Below, piece by piece: positions 1 to 11,829 of a stretch of 64,000 bases of DNA (positions are counted from its first letter, which is position 1; each line of letters starts with the position of its first letter). This DNA comes from Ginglymostoma cirratum. Lineage: Eukaryota. The notes below the pieces were generated by a model that saw only the letters and a list, made by a program, of their open reading frames with translations, did not search any database and was not told the DNA's origin. The DNA is taken from positions 23,346,682 to 23,410,681 of the forward strand of contig JAHRHZ010000042.1 of assembly GCA_024137785.1 (NCBI GenBank). The letters run 5' to 3'. The position numbers and the translations under genes were made by a program.

Positions 1-329
1 AATAAGGCCATAAGCAAAACAAGAAAGACAATAGGTAAATGCATAAATTCTTCAATGTTCAATCTTCAATTCTTCAACATATCTATGGGTTTGCCTTCCA
101 TTCTTAAAGGGTACTGGAAATCTCATCTTTATTCACTTGAATCATCTAACTCTAACCAGTCTGAGGAATATCAATATATGTGTGACCATGCTCCCATCAA
201 AGAGTCTGTATGCTGTTGAAAAGCTAACCACAAAGAGGAACACCACTTAAGGTCCTAACGTGCAAGTCTATCTATGGAAGCTGGAGGCCCAGGCCAGTTG
301 GAAAACCAGGCAAATGACATTCAACTTCA

Positions 330-700
330 TGAGAGAATAGGGTAGTGGAGGAGAGGAGCAGAGAAAGAATGGGGCAAAGGAGGGTTAGAAGGGGGAGAGG
401 AAGGGGAGGGTATTGAGGAGGATGAAGAAGAGGAGGAAGAGGAGGAAGTGGAGGGGTGCGGAGAGGAGGGGAGAGGAGGAGGAGAGGAGAAGGCAGAGGA
501 AACAGGGAGATGAAGGGGAGGGAGAGGATTCCAAGCAGCAAAGGAAGTTGGAGATTATGGAGGGAGGGATGGGGGAGAGAACAGGAAGGGGTGGAGAAAG
601 TCAAGGGACGAAGTTAGAGAGGATGAGATGGGGGAGTATGGAGAGAAGGGTGGGAGAAGGAGAAGGGAAAAGGAGGGCTGAGGGTTGGGATGTAGAGAGA
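330..700. repeat. Purine-rich (G/A) low-complexity tract
   Basis: Runs of gga/gag/agg on +; the source of spurious R/E/G-rich and P/L/S-rich ORFs. Confidence 0.9.
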
Positions 701-1858
701 TGAAGGCTACTGAAGGGGTGACCCCCTTTAAGGGTTTCTTGTGCCCATCTGAGGCACATGTCAAAAACCCTTAAACCTTACATACCCTTTTCACCAAGAC
801 TTGAAAACTTGATGAAACCTCACACTTACTGGAGACACTGGTCCCATTGTCATCCACTCCCTATCGGAATCACTGCAGTGGCCACTGCTGAGCCTGGCAC
901 TGCAGGTTGGCTCAGCTGCTGTCATTATCCAATCAGCTGACATCTCTAGAAGTGGAATGTCCTCCCGAATCGGAGCAGCATTCTAATCTGAAGTGAATCC
1001 ATGTTACTCCCTGTTTTAAACAGCACAGAGCAGCAAGCATTTTTGTTGGTGGGCTTGCTCACAACTTTCTCATCAGTGCAGGGGTGTGAGACCTGTTAAA
1101 CTCATCATTTCCTCTGTATTGTTAGAATCAGGCCCATCCAGGCCAAGCAATGACCAAGCCATAAAGCTGGCTTTTAATGTACCTGACCAGCTTCGAATGG
1201 AGTGGTCTTCTAAAGCAATCCATTTTCACTCCAAGTCCCTATGCCCTCTCCAGACCCCTGTCTCTCTTCCACACGTGCCTTCCAAGTGCCCCATAAAATC
1301 CATCCCTTTACATTTTATGGTGTCAACGCTCTGTAAGCTGCTTGTGTCAATCCCTGAAATATCAGTATAAGTAATCCCAGCCGATCACAGTGCATCTTCT
1401 TTCATCATTCTCAAGAGTGTCCTCAAAAACAGAACTTAAATACAAGTTAACATACAAATGTTAAAATACTGGCAAAATAAGGGCAACCGCATATCTCAAT
1501 GCCCAGACTGCGCACTGGAAACATTTGAAAACCACTTTTTGCTCAAAGTAAACAGATGTGTTTGAAACTTTTCCGTCTATTTGAGGTTAAAATAGTATCA
1601 TATTGCTGCTGAGGTTTTTGAGGCTGCCTGAAGCCTTGTAATAAAAATTGAACTGAGATATCATATAAACAACTGAGGGAATTTATTTATCATTGTGAGC
1701 CATGGAATTTAAAACAAAAATGTTTATTTGTTTGAAGCTTCACCTTGTATATTGTCGATTTTATTCCAGTAAATCTGGAACATAATTTAGCTCATATTTA
1801 TCACCAGTCGTTTATGCTGTCTATATGAAACTCAAACTGCTTTTCTTTTCCTTCATAG

Positions 1859-1942
1859 GTAGTTTTCCAGTTCGATCTGTAACATTTCTAGTCTTTCTCG
1901 TCTCTGTCATTTCATTACTGATCTGGGGCAGTGAATGGAAAG
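1859..1942 (+). CDS. Predicted transmembrane exon of an unidentified type I membrane protein (gene A): GSFPVRSVTFLVFLVSVISLLIWGSEWK
   Basis: Strong acceptor tgcttttcttttccttcatAG, donor AAG|GTaaat, 84 nt, open in phase 1-1, hydrophobic stretch of about 19 aa. Phase is compatible with the exon at 3610. Confidence 0.7.
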
Positions 1943-2029
1943 GTAAATTTACCAAAAGTTGACGTCCAGCACAAATGTGAGCTGACAATTGTAAAAGATA
2001 CAGACTCACTTCTGAAACAAAATAAACTG

Positions 2030-2240
2030 TGGGTCCTGAAAATCTGGATCAATTACAGAAACTGCTGGAGAAACTCAGCAGGTCTGGCAGCATCTGTAGA
2101 GAGAAATCAGAGGTAACCTTTCGGGTCCAGTGACCGTGAGTTCTGAAGAAGGAACTCTGGACACGAAACAGTAATTCTGTTTTCTCTCCACAGACACTGC
2201 TAGACCTGCTGAGTTTTTCCAGCAGTTTGTGTTTTGGTGT
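2030..2240. mobile_element. Old Penelope-derived foldback element (inverted arms, degenerate hammerhead core)
   Basis: tgctggagaaactcagcaggtctggcagcatctg is inverted relative to cagacactgctagacctgctgagtttttccagca; core gagttCTGAAGA...GAAAC. Confidence 0.7.
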
Positions 2241-2744
2241 GGACCCATTCACCAGTTGATATGATGCAATTTGTTTTTACTGGGAGGCTTCCACTATGTC
2301 AAAGGTGCTCAGTGGCTGAGAGGCTGAATATCCGGCACACTGAGGGTCACCTCCTGGCCCTTTGATGTAGGCACCCTCTGCTTTTCTGTCCCCATGCCCC
2401 TCACTCTGTGGATCTTGTCCCCAGCTGTTTACATGTGGCCTGAGTCACTCTGTAATTCTGCGACTCTGGAGATTAGTTTTTTTTTTCTTGGAACAGCCGT
2501 GGCCTCCTGTGCCATGAACAAAAGAACTGCAAGCCTCAGCATTCAGTTGGGAAGATTTCTATCCTCAGTCTGAATCCAAGGGATGGCCTGCAGGTGGCCT
2601 ACCTGCACTGCTTGATTGGCGTATGGTTCAGTGGGTCTTCTCAAAAACAGAGGCCCATACAGGTCTCTTGCTGGCTCTCTGGCTGACAGGCAGGAGCCAT
2701 AATGCCTCAATAAGATTCCATCTGCTGCTTAAAGACAAGCAAAG

Positions 2745-3420
2745 GAGCACCAAGAACAGGTAACCAGGACAGCTAATGGAATGTTGGCTCTCATTTCAAG
2801 AGAATTGGAGGACAAGAATAGGGAAGTCTTGCTGCAACTGTACAAGGTGGTGGGACCACATCTAGAGTTCTGTGAGCAGTACTACACTGCTTATTTAAGG
2901 TCCACTTATTTAAAGAAATATATTATTCCATTAGAGGCAGTTCAGCAAAGGTTCATGAGGATGATGCCTGGTATTGAGGGATTGTTTTATGAGCAAAGGT
3001 TAAACAGGTTGGGACTGTATTCATTAGAGTTTAGAAAAAAGAGGTGATCTGATTGAAACATACAGGATTCTTAACCACCTTAATAGGGCAAATGATGAAA
3101 GGACGTTTCCCTCAGCGGAAGAAGCTAGGACCAAAGGGCAAAAGAGGTGTCAATTTAAGACTGAAATGGGGAGGGATTTATTTTCACAGAGGTTTGTGAG
3201 TCTTTGGAATTCCTTGCCCTGGAGAGCTGTGGAGGCAGGGTCCATGTGTATATTTAAGGCTGAGATCGATTCTTGAATAGTCAAAGATTCAAAAGTTATG
3301 GAGAAAGGATTGGAATATGGATATGAGGAATTGCAGATCAGCCATGATCCCATTGAAGGGCAGAGCAGGCCTGAGGGGGCTGAATGGCCTACTCCTGTCC
3401 CTATTCTTATAGTCTTATGG
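2745..3420 (+). mobile_element. CR1-type LINE, 3' fragment (ORF2 C-terminus and 3' UTR)
   Basis: Translation VLLQLYKVVGPHLEFC...LEAVQQRFMRMMPG...RLNRLGLYSLEFR is the typical CR1 RT C-terminal region. Confidence 0.9.
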
Positions 3421-3609
3421 TAGCAGGCAAATGCATCATGAGATAGATAAGAAGAAATGGAAGAAAGAAAGGCTTCAATGCTATAATAACCAAATAAAGC
3501 TTGAAGAAATCATCTTCCAACAACAAAGCATATGTAGAGACTTGCAGGATGAAAATATGTTCTCATTGCAGAATATTCCTAGTAATGTTAAATTCTTCTC
3601 ATTTCACAG

Positions 3610-3634
3610 ATCGATACTGTCCTTGCAACTCTAG
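3610..3634 (+). CDS. Gene A short cytoplasmic exon: DRYCPCNS(R)
   Basis: Acceptor ttcttctcatttcacAG, consensus donor TAG|GTAAGT, 25 nt, phase 1 in and phase 2 out, open. Confidence 0.7.
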
Positions 3635-4899
3635 GTAAGTCACAACTTTAGTTCTTTAGTCCAAGCTTCTTGAGTATAACTTTTGAATCTACAACAGTTC
3701 AAGATAATTTGCAGCAGGCAACGTGCACATTTAAAAACACAGGAAACAAATCTTAATCATTGCAGTCTACAGGAAGTTCTAAACCTCAGACACTGACTTT
3801 GTTTGTACTATAGCAGTTCTCAGAGTTCAAGTGAACTGAAGTTTCCAAGAGTAAATGACAGGGCACCACCCAAAAGGATATTGCAACAATCAGGGTGGAA
3901 GGAAGAAACACCAGCTCTCCTATCTCAGCCACGTTCAATATTGCCCAGCCCCCACAGCTTCCAAGTCAACATCAGGACCAACGTCTCCAATTTCCCCCAA
4001 AACATCTGACCACACCCCCATCATGAGCCTGCCAGGATCACCATCCTATACCAGGCTGGAATCAGCCCCAGCTCAGAATTAACACCAGCCCTGTCCAGGA
4101 TAAAGGCCTGATTTCCCATAAGAGTTATCAAATGTACCTCCCTCATGATCCTTGTACAAGTGAAAGCCAAGTCAGTAAGTTGGGAGAAACCAGTTGGCGA
4201 TGACACGCACACTCTGTGATGTTAAAACTTCAGAGCACATGGGGAGCCCTGACGTCTGGGTTTTCCATGTTTACTTAAAGTGTGGTGGAGATGGGGTCAG
4301 TTGAAGCTTTCAAAAGGCAATCTGCTGATTACCTGAAAAAGAGACATTTACCAGCTTTGGGGATTGTCAGGGGAATACCATGAGGTGAATTGCTTGTTCA
4401 AAGGGACAACAGCAACACTATAGGGGCCCAATGGTTAACTTTTGTGCTGTGAGCACTTTACGCTCAGATCACCCCATTCCAGATTGATCAGCTACATTAA
4501 AATCCAGCCCTATGGCTTGATCCACACCTGACCTGGATGCCTGATCCTAACAACACAAAGGAAATGTCAAGTTTGAGACGTGTATCGGAGACATGCATCA
4601 TCAGTATCCCTATGGAAGTTAACTACAAATCTTCAGATAATATGCAGGGCAGGAGGTGGTAGAGGACTGATTCCTGATTGACTCTGGAAGAGATAAGGTG
4701 GGCTGGGAGAGAAGCTTTTGCCAGAGACACACTGTTTTCGGTTGGATGAGTGAGATTGGAACCTAGCAAGGGTGATTCTTCAGAGCTGATAACATGCGAG
4801 ACACCTGGAGATAAGAATAATGTGATTTATCATAACAGGCTCCAGAGAAATCAAAAGGCATGAAATGCAATACAGTCATAGTCATAAAGGATCTCATTT

Positions 4900-5900
4900 G
4901 AGACTTTGATTGGGCCTGTTTCAATACTAAAGGAGTTGGGGTTGAGGGTAGAGTTTGAGTGGTAGTGTCAATGTTATTGAAGCAGATTCAATCAGGAAGC
5001 TATAGGAAAGATGGCACACTGGGAAATGAGGGCACACTGAACGAGAACATGGCAGGAGAAATTGAGGCTAGTGATTTGTAGTTTTTCAGAGACACCAGTG
5101 TATTTTCTTTTGAGCAGAGCAAAAAGCAATGTAAAAGCTAAAAGGAACATACTTGACAGGGAGGAACTATTTATAATGTCAGTAAGGTTGGAACCAAAAA
5201 AATGGACAGTTGGCAATTTAGTGGAATTGGTGTCGAGGGAGAACATGTGGGCTTCATAGATGAGCTCAAAGAAGGTGAGAAATGAAAGAGAAACTAGATT
5301 TTTTCTTTTTTTTCATTCATGGGATGAGGGCATTGCTGTCCAGGCAGCATTTATTGCCCATCCCTAGTTGCCCAGAGGGCAGTTCAGAGTCAACCCCATT
5401 GCTATAGGTCTGGAGTCACATGTAGGCCAGACCAGGTAATAATGGCAGTTTCCTTCTCTAAAGGACATCAGTGAACAAGATGGGTTTTTCCCCTGACGAT
5501 GGGTTCATGGTCGTCATTAGATTGTTAATTCTAGATTTGTTTTTTGTAATTCAAATTCCACCAATTGCTGTGGTGGGATTCGAACCCAGGTCCCCAGAAC
5601 GTTATCTGGGTCTCTGGATTAACAGTCCAATGATAATACCACCAGGCCTTACCTTCCCGGTATAGATAAAGGTGAAAGTTGGGGGCAGGCTGGGATAGCT
5701 TAACTGGCAAAAAACAGGGAGAAGTCATTGGAGCAGCAGAATGATTGGTCTCAATCTTAGTGACAATGTCCATGACTTCCTTATATTTGTTTGAAGTTTT
5801 GGTGGCTGGGGAGAGAATACTTAGGGTTAGAAAATGGCTAAAGGTGTCGAACAGAAGTGTGAATTACATTTCACGACAGGAGAGAGAAAGGGATTTACCC
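4900..5900 (-). mobile_element. Decayed LINE fragment (L2/CR1-group-like) interrupted by a SINE
   Basis: Degenerate LINE-like sequence on both sides of the SINE at 5310-5650; family assignment is tentative. Confidence 0.4.
5310..5650 (-). mobile_element. tRNA-derived shark SINE (SacSINE1-like)
   Basis: B-box-like ggattcgaacccagg at the right end and gcatttattgcccatccct tail; related copies at about 50225-50465 and 57060-57385. Confidence 0.7.
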
Positions 5901-6289
5901 AAACATGAACACAGGACAGCAGAACTTAGAAATCTCAGCCAACATACATAAAATTGAATTTGTGGCTCATTACTGGAGCTTCACAATTAAAAAAAAACAA
6001 TCAAAAATGAAAGGAAAGAAAACTGGTCATCATTTCATGAGTCATAAGATGAACTCAGGACATCACCTCCTCTCAAATATTCCATCACAAATAACATTCA
6101 TTTCATTCCCTTCAGAGTCCAGGCCAGGCAGCTTCATTCATAATACAGAAGTAGTCAGAATGGGCATTGTGGTTTTAGGAGCAGTAAGACATCCTCTACC
6201 AGATTATTGTGGTAACTTAAGTAATCCAGGCAACAACTTGCCTGGATTACCCTCAGGCCCTTTTATTCAGAGAACATTGGCTTTCATAG

Positions 6290-6625
6290 ATCATAGAGTC
6301 CCTACAGGTGGAAGCAGGCCATTTGGCCCATCAAATCACTGACCCTCTGGGAGCATTCCACCTAGACTCACCCTATCCCTATAACCCTACATTCCCCATG
6401 GCTAACCCACCCTTCCTATACATCCCTGTACATCATAGGTAATTTAGCATGGCCAATCCACCGAACTTGCACATCTTTGGACTGTAGGAGGAAACCAGAG
6501 GAAACCCATGCACACAATGAGAATGTACAAACTCCACACAGACAGTTACCCCCAAGACTGGAGTTGAACCCAGGTCCCTGGCATTGTAAGGAAGAAGTGG
6601 TAACCACTGAACCACCGTGCCAGCT
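6290..6625 (-). mobile_element. HE1-like tRNA-derived SINE
   Basis: The minus strand begins ggcacggtggttcagtggttaccact..., contains gtctgtgtggagtttgtacattctc and cagtccaaagatgtgcaagttcggtggattggccatgctaaatt, and ends in a CR1-like tail. Confidence 0.85.
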
Positions 6626-6798
6626 TTGTTTAATCAAGATGTGGACATCTCAAGAAGATTGTGCATTATCGTTTGATAGGAAAGACTTCCCTCACAATGG
6701 GGGAGTCCCACCACTTTGTGACGGTCTGCTGAAATAACTGATTATTCCTGCAGTCAACAATAATTGGATTGAGATGAATCAATGACAGAGTAGATTGT

Positions 6799-6959
6799 GC
6801 AAAGCGAAAGAACAGCAGATGCTGAAAATCAGAAACATCTGGAAAAGCAGGTCTACTCAGAACGAGTTCTAAGGAAGGGTCCTGAAACGTTAACTCTGAT
6901 TTCTCTCCATAGATGCTACCAGTCCTGCTGAGCTTTTCCAGCAAGCTTCTGTTTTTGTT
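6799..6959. mobile_element. Penelope-derived foldback element with a perfect 14-bp TSD
   Basis: TSD acagagtagattgt at 6785-6798 and 6960-6973; hammerhead-like gagtt-ctaagga-...-gaaacgtt-aactc. Confidence 0.75.
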
Positions 6960-7091
6960 ACAGAGTAGATTGTATTCTGTGGAAGCAGCTGATTTGAAAG
7001 ATTAAATTACCTTACACATTCTGTTTTATTTTCATGGGGCAACCTTTAGGAGTTTCTCTTAGAATGTTTCCATTTCTTTTTCTCTCATTAG

Positions 7092-7117
7092 GAATGCAAA
7101 ACTAAGTGAAAACCGAG
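7092..7117 (+). CDS. Gene A cytoplasmic exon: (R)NAKLSENR
   Basis: Acceptor ttccatttctttttctctcattAG, donor GAG|GTaaac, 26 nt, phase 2 in (matches the previous exon) and phase 1 out. Without splicing it reads on to GKPCEVDPM* (stop 7144-7146). Confidence 0.65.
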
Positions 7118-7233
7118 GTAAACCATGTGAAGTTGACCCTATGTGAGATGCTGACGTCCATGAAGAAATAACGTCAAAATTATGAACATCTAAGGATTCT
7201 CATTTCCAATCTGTCAATTTTTTCTTTCCAAAG

Positions 7234-7307
7234 TACCATCAAGTCCAACAACTCACTCAGGCAGAACACCTTTAAGACAATCATATCCTAAAACCTACCG
7301 TTTCTAA
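7234..7307 (+). CDS. Gene A predicted last coding exon: VPSSPTTHSGRTPLRQSYPKTYRF*
   Basis: Acceptor ctgtcaattttttctttccaaAG after a 116-nt intron, phase 1, TAA at 7305-7307. Confidence 0.55.
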
Positions 7308-8239
7308 AAAAAAATTTATGCCAGGAACACAAATTTTCTAGGCAAATCTAACATGTTGCTGAAGGCCACTCAGCTGCCCCAGCCTTTTGACAAAGCAAAT
7401 GTTTTTCCTCACCATGCCATCAGCTGAAGGTGCCAACCCCAGTGATAAGCAATAGGCTCCTTCTCGTGGTAGTATCCCTACCGCAAAGACAGGAGGCCTG
7501 GTTCAAATCCCAAGTGTTCCAGAGATGAGTAATGCCATCTCTAACAGGTTGCTTAGAGAATATCTAGTCTTATCTGGTCGATTTTACTTGCTTCACTTTT
7601 CATGTCAATTTATTAGTCATGTTTGAGAGAGGCAATAGAGGTAAGGGACCTAAAACCAGTATGACATTCACCCTGAAAAGTTTCCCCACCCATAAGGCCA
7701 AACATTAGTTTCTAATAATTGGCGTTTCAAGTCTCCAAGAATGTAGAACAACAAGTGGTCAGCTTTGTCTGAGAACATTAGCAGCTGTGTTTTTATTTCA
7801 TTTTTTTTACTTGAATCGTGGTCAACAGTTGTTCATGACTGTGCTGAATGTCTCAGTTTTGTAAAAATGTACAGAACTAACCAGGTACAATAATTTCTTT
7901 TCCTGCCATGAGGATAAATCTCTGCATTTCATTTGAATCTAAATCCTATGAATGTTTAAGGGTCAGATATTTAATCAGTCTGAAGGAATCAATCTTGGTT
8001 AATTTAATCCAAATGTAGATAAATGAAGTAATTCATTGTCATTACTACATTGATTACATAAGAAATAAAGACAACATGGGATCACCTAGGGTATATGGAA
8101 ACTCTAACACTATCAAAGTATATTTGTTGTAACATGTTTGATGAAGATGAAATGTGGGGGCATGGTGATATATTATGTGATGCAAACCAATACTGATTAT
8201 ACCCAACAAAAAACAAAAACAAAATTCAGATACTGGTTG

Positions 8240-8432
8240 TCTCAAAGCCACAACAGAAATTGCTGGAGAAACTCAGCAGATCTGGCAGCAGCAGTGGAGA
8301 GAGAGCAGTGTCAACATTTCAGGTAGAGTGATCTTATTTCAAAGCTGTTCTGAAGAAATGTTACTGAAACAGCATTGTTTTCACTGCACAGATGCTGCTA
8401 GGTCTGCAGAGTTTCTCCAGCATTTCTGTTAT
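8240..8432. mobile_element. Old Penelope-derived foldback element
   Basis: aacagaaattgctggagaaactcagcaga is inverted relative to tctgcagagtttctccagcatttctgtt; central ctgaaga...gaaac. Confidence 0.7.
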
Positions 8433-8524
8433 TGTTATTGATTACATCCAATGTTGGCAACTCCAGATATAACCAAATATAGTAAAACCTTACAACACAA
8501 TCATGCTCTAAAACTTAGTCAATG

Positions 8525-8815
8525 CATAGAATCCCTGCAGTGTGGAAATAGGCCCTTCAGTCCAACAAGTCCCCACTGACCCTTGGAGCATCCTCCCAGA
8601 CCCCACCGAACCTACACATCCCTGAACACTACAGGCAATTTAGCACAGCCAATCCACCTAACCTGCACATCTTTGGACTGTGGAAGGAAACTGGAGGAAA
8701 TCCACACAGACATGGGGAGAATATGCAAACTCCACACTGGCAGTCCCCTGAGGCTGGAATTGAACCCCTGTCCCTGGTGCTGTGAGGTAGCAGTGCTAAC
8801 CATTGTGCCACAAGG
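8525..8815 (-). mobile_element. HE1-like SINE
   Basis: Same diagnostic blocks as the copy at 6290-6625. Confidence 0.85.
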
Positions 8816-9523
8816 TGAGGCCTTTCTTTTGAATTGAGCAAAACTGATGTCTTAATGGACTTAAATTTTAAAAGAATCTTCCACATTGCTCTAACTTTCT
8901 CTCCATTATGCTTTAAGTCAGCCTTTAACCCATCAGAAACCACAGAATCCCAGGAGGCCACAGTACAGTTCTTGCTGAAGTTACACTTATTCCTAGAATT
9001 ACAAAGCATTTTTATTGCCAGTCATGAGATTAATCAAAGTAGTCAGGAGGAAAGAAAGGGTGAAAGCTGCCGTTAGTAATACAGATCAAATTAAAATTAA
9101 AAATAAACCTGAGAAGTTGACTGTAACATTTAATTGTGAAGATGTTAAAGAAAAAGACAATCATTTTGTTCAACTTCCTTCTGACAAGAAGACACAAATT
9201 TAAAAGGAGCTGTCAATCTTCAGGCTGACTTTAGCAACAATTTTCATCTAATTGGCCTCAAAACGTCAGCATGCAGACTTCCATAAGACTTTGCTCCTTA
9301 AGAACACTCTAAACTTATATAGCTCGAGTGCACTGAAGTTTCGAAGGATGATGTGTACACATATTTACACAAAAGCAGTCCGCCTTCTCGTCCAACCATG
9401 GGTTTATCATAGTCAGTCATCAGGTGATCAATCCAACAATGTAGCAAAATAAGCGACACTGTCTACGTTAGATGCTGTCACTGTGGCATTCGCAACCAAC
9501 CAACTTTATTCATGACATTATAG

Positions 9524-9642
9524 TCAAACATTCAATATTAAGACAATCACCAGCAGAAATACCACACTAGGGCTATCTGAGTGGACTTCAACTTGTAGGG
9601 AAGATGTTTTAGTGAGTGTGATGGGGAGAGATATCTTTGAAA
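9524..9642 (-). CDS. Candidate terminal exon: (V)SKISLPITLTKTSSLQVEVHSDSPSVVFLLVIVLILNV*, an S/T-rich stalk with a hydrophobic C-terminus
   Basis: Phase-1 acceptor ttactttatAG, 38 open codons, 13 hydrophobic residues before the stop, AATAAA at 9510-9505. The acceptor is only moderate. Confidence 0.3.
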
Positions 9643-9799
9643 CTATAAAGTAATATTTTGGTCTATAACAACATACAGCATGCAAAATTACTTGATTGTT
9701 TAACCATTGACAAAGCAAATCCAAAACAAAGCGTTAGCCAGAGTTAGAATGAATGGTAGCCCTGTGAATGTGATATAGCAGAGACAAAATGATGGCACT

Positions 9800-10000
9800 T
9801 ATCCTTGTGCAGTGCAGAAGATCTTTGATCTCTTTCCCGAATGACCATTCTAACCTAGGAAACAAGCACTGACCAGGACTGCTACCTGGATCAGTGCTGG
9901 CTTGGTCTGATGGTACAGCCTTCTGTGACAGTCTGTAGGAAAAAGCATTGTCCCTTTTCTCCGGCACAAAACACCTCCAGGTCCCTGTCTGCAAGGTGGG
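9800..10000 (-). mobile_element. PIF/Harbinger-type Myb/SANT-like gene relic
   Basis: Translates HLADRDLEVF...KEIKDLL across frameshifts; paralogous to 15065-15282. Confidence 0.5.
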
Positions 10001-10189
10001 TGTGAGCATTCCTTTCTGTGACCCAATGGTCCAGTATTATAGTTTTAGGGGCAGTTTCTGGTTTGCTGTTTCTAAAGTGGTATTCAGCTGTCAGACGTTT
10101 GGTCCATTCACACAAAAAATTGATATCAACTATATATATTTGAGCGCCAAGCTCTGATTCCTGATTCACTCCACTGCTTACAGCTTGTC

Positions 10190-10870
10190 AACATACAAAA
10201 GGCCCACTTAGCCCTATTCTATGCTTCCTTTTAACTAACCAATCTTTTATCCATGTGAAGGTTACCCAACACACCACATGCTCTTATTTTGTGTAGTAAC
10301 CTTTCTATGAAACCTGAGGGGATGATTTTTTTTTCAAATCGAAGAACACCACATCAACTGATTTTCTTCTATCTACATTGTTTGCTACTTCCTTAAAAGG
10401 CTCTAACAGACTAGAGAAAAATGATTTCCCTTTCACAAAATCATGTTAACTCCGATCTTATAATTTTCTAAGTATCCTATTAGAGACTCCTTAATAACAG
10501 ATTATAGAATTTCCCTACTACTTCCTATCTTCTTCCTTTCTTATATAAGAGTGTTATATTTATTTTTCAATCCCAATCCAGAATCTAAGAAAGATTTGGG
10601 GAAGATTAAAACCAAGCACCTACTCTCTTTACTGCCATTTATTTTAATAGGTGCAGGCCATTGGTTCTGGGAATGTCAGCCTCCATGCCTTATGGTTTTT
10701 CAATTCCTTTTCCCTGGTGATGGTGATGTTCTCTTCTATCTCTAGATTTTCAAATATCTTTGGGATGTTTTCTAAGTCTTCTGGAATGATGACAGATACA
10801 AATTAAACATCTTCACCATTTCCTTGTTTTCCATTATTGATTTCCAAGACTCACTCTCTAAAGGATCATC
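10190..10870 (-). mobile_element. Decayed CR1-type LINE (RT region)
   Basis: Reverse complement resembles CR1 RT (tttccctttcacaaaatcatgtt, accacatcaactg); appears to continue at about 11600-11820. Confidence 0.55.
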
Positions 10871-10934
10871 ATAGCTTTAAATTATTAGTTTTTTGTTTAA
10901 AGGCTAGCAGAAACTCAATGTGCTTATATTAGAG

Positions 10935-11582
10935 ATAACAAGCATGGGGCTGGACGAACACAGCAGGTCAAGCAGCATCATAGGAGCAGGAAAACTTGAC
11001 GTTTTGGGCCTAAACCCTTCATCAGAAATGGGGGAGGGGAAGAGGGTTCTGAAATAAATAGGGAGAGAGGGGGAGGCGGATAGAGGATGGATAGAGGAGA
11101 GGATAGGTGGAGAGGAGGCAGACAAGTTGAAGAGGCGGGGATGGAGCCAGTAAAGGTGAGTGTAGGTAGGGGGGTAGGGAGGAGATAGGTCAGTCCAGGG
11201 AGGACGGACAGGTCAAGGGGGCGGTTTTATTCTGAGGAATGGGAGGGGGAGTTGAAATGGTTCGCGACTGGGAGGTGCAGTTGTTTGTTGCGAACTGAGC
11301 GCAGGTGTTCTGCAAAGCGGTCCCCAAGCCTCTGCTTGGTTTCCCCGATGTAGAGGAAGCCACAACGGGTACAGCGGATGCAGTATACCACATTGGCAGA
11401 TCCGCCTCCCCCTGTCTCCCTATTTATTTCAGAACCCTCTTCTCCTCCCCCATTTCTGATGAAGGGTTTAGGCCCGAAACGTCAAGTTTTCCTGCTCCTA
11501 TGATGCTGCTTGACCTGCTGTGTTCGTCCAGCCCCATGCTTGTTATCTCGGATTCTCCAGCATCTGCAATACCTTTTATCTC
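10935..11582. mobile_element. Penelope-like (Neptune-type) inverted insertion with a GIY-YIG fragment and a perfect 16-bp TSD
   Basis: The left arm is the reverse complement of parts of 39150-39870; the right arm is an inverted copy of the 3' end; TSD tgtgcttatattagag at 10919-10934 and 11583-11598. Confidence 0.9.
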
Positions 11583-11829
11583 TGTGCTTATATTAGAGCT
11601 CACTTTCACTCATATTCTTTCATTCTCTTTTTTTTTTAAGTCATTGTTTGTTTGTTGGCTCTAAGAATCCAGCCAAATTTCTCACCTACCATTATTTTTT
11701 GCAGGTATATAGTGTTTCTTTCAATTTTATGCCATTTTTAACGTCCTTATTTAGCCATTGCTCATATAGGCTTCTCAAAGAATCTTTCTTTCTCACTGGA
11801 ATAAACCTTTGCCTTTGTTCAAACATGGA

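Noticed and set aside
272-764. Pro/Leu-rich and Arg/Glu-rich ORFs
   Set aside because: They arise from the purine-rich low-complexity tract.
1859-7307. Naming gene A as CD4, CD8a, CD200 or CD47
   Set aside because: The CxC and TM resemblances are short and low in complexity, the TM and exon pattern do not match any of these specifically, and the ectodomain is not in the window.
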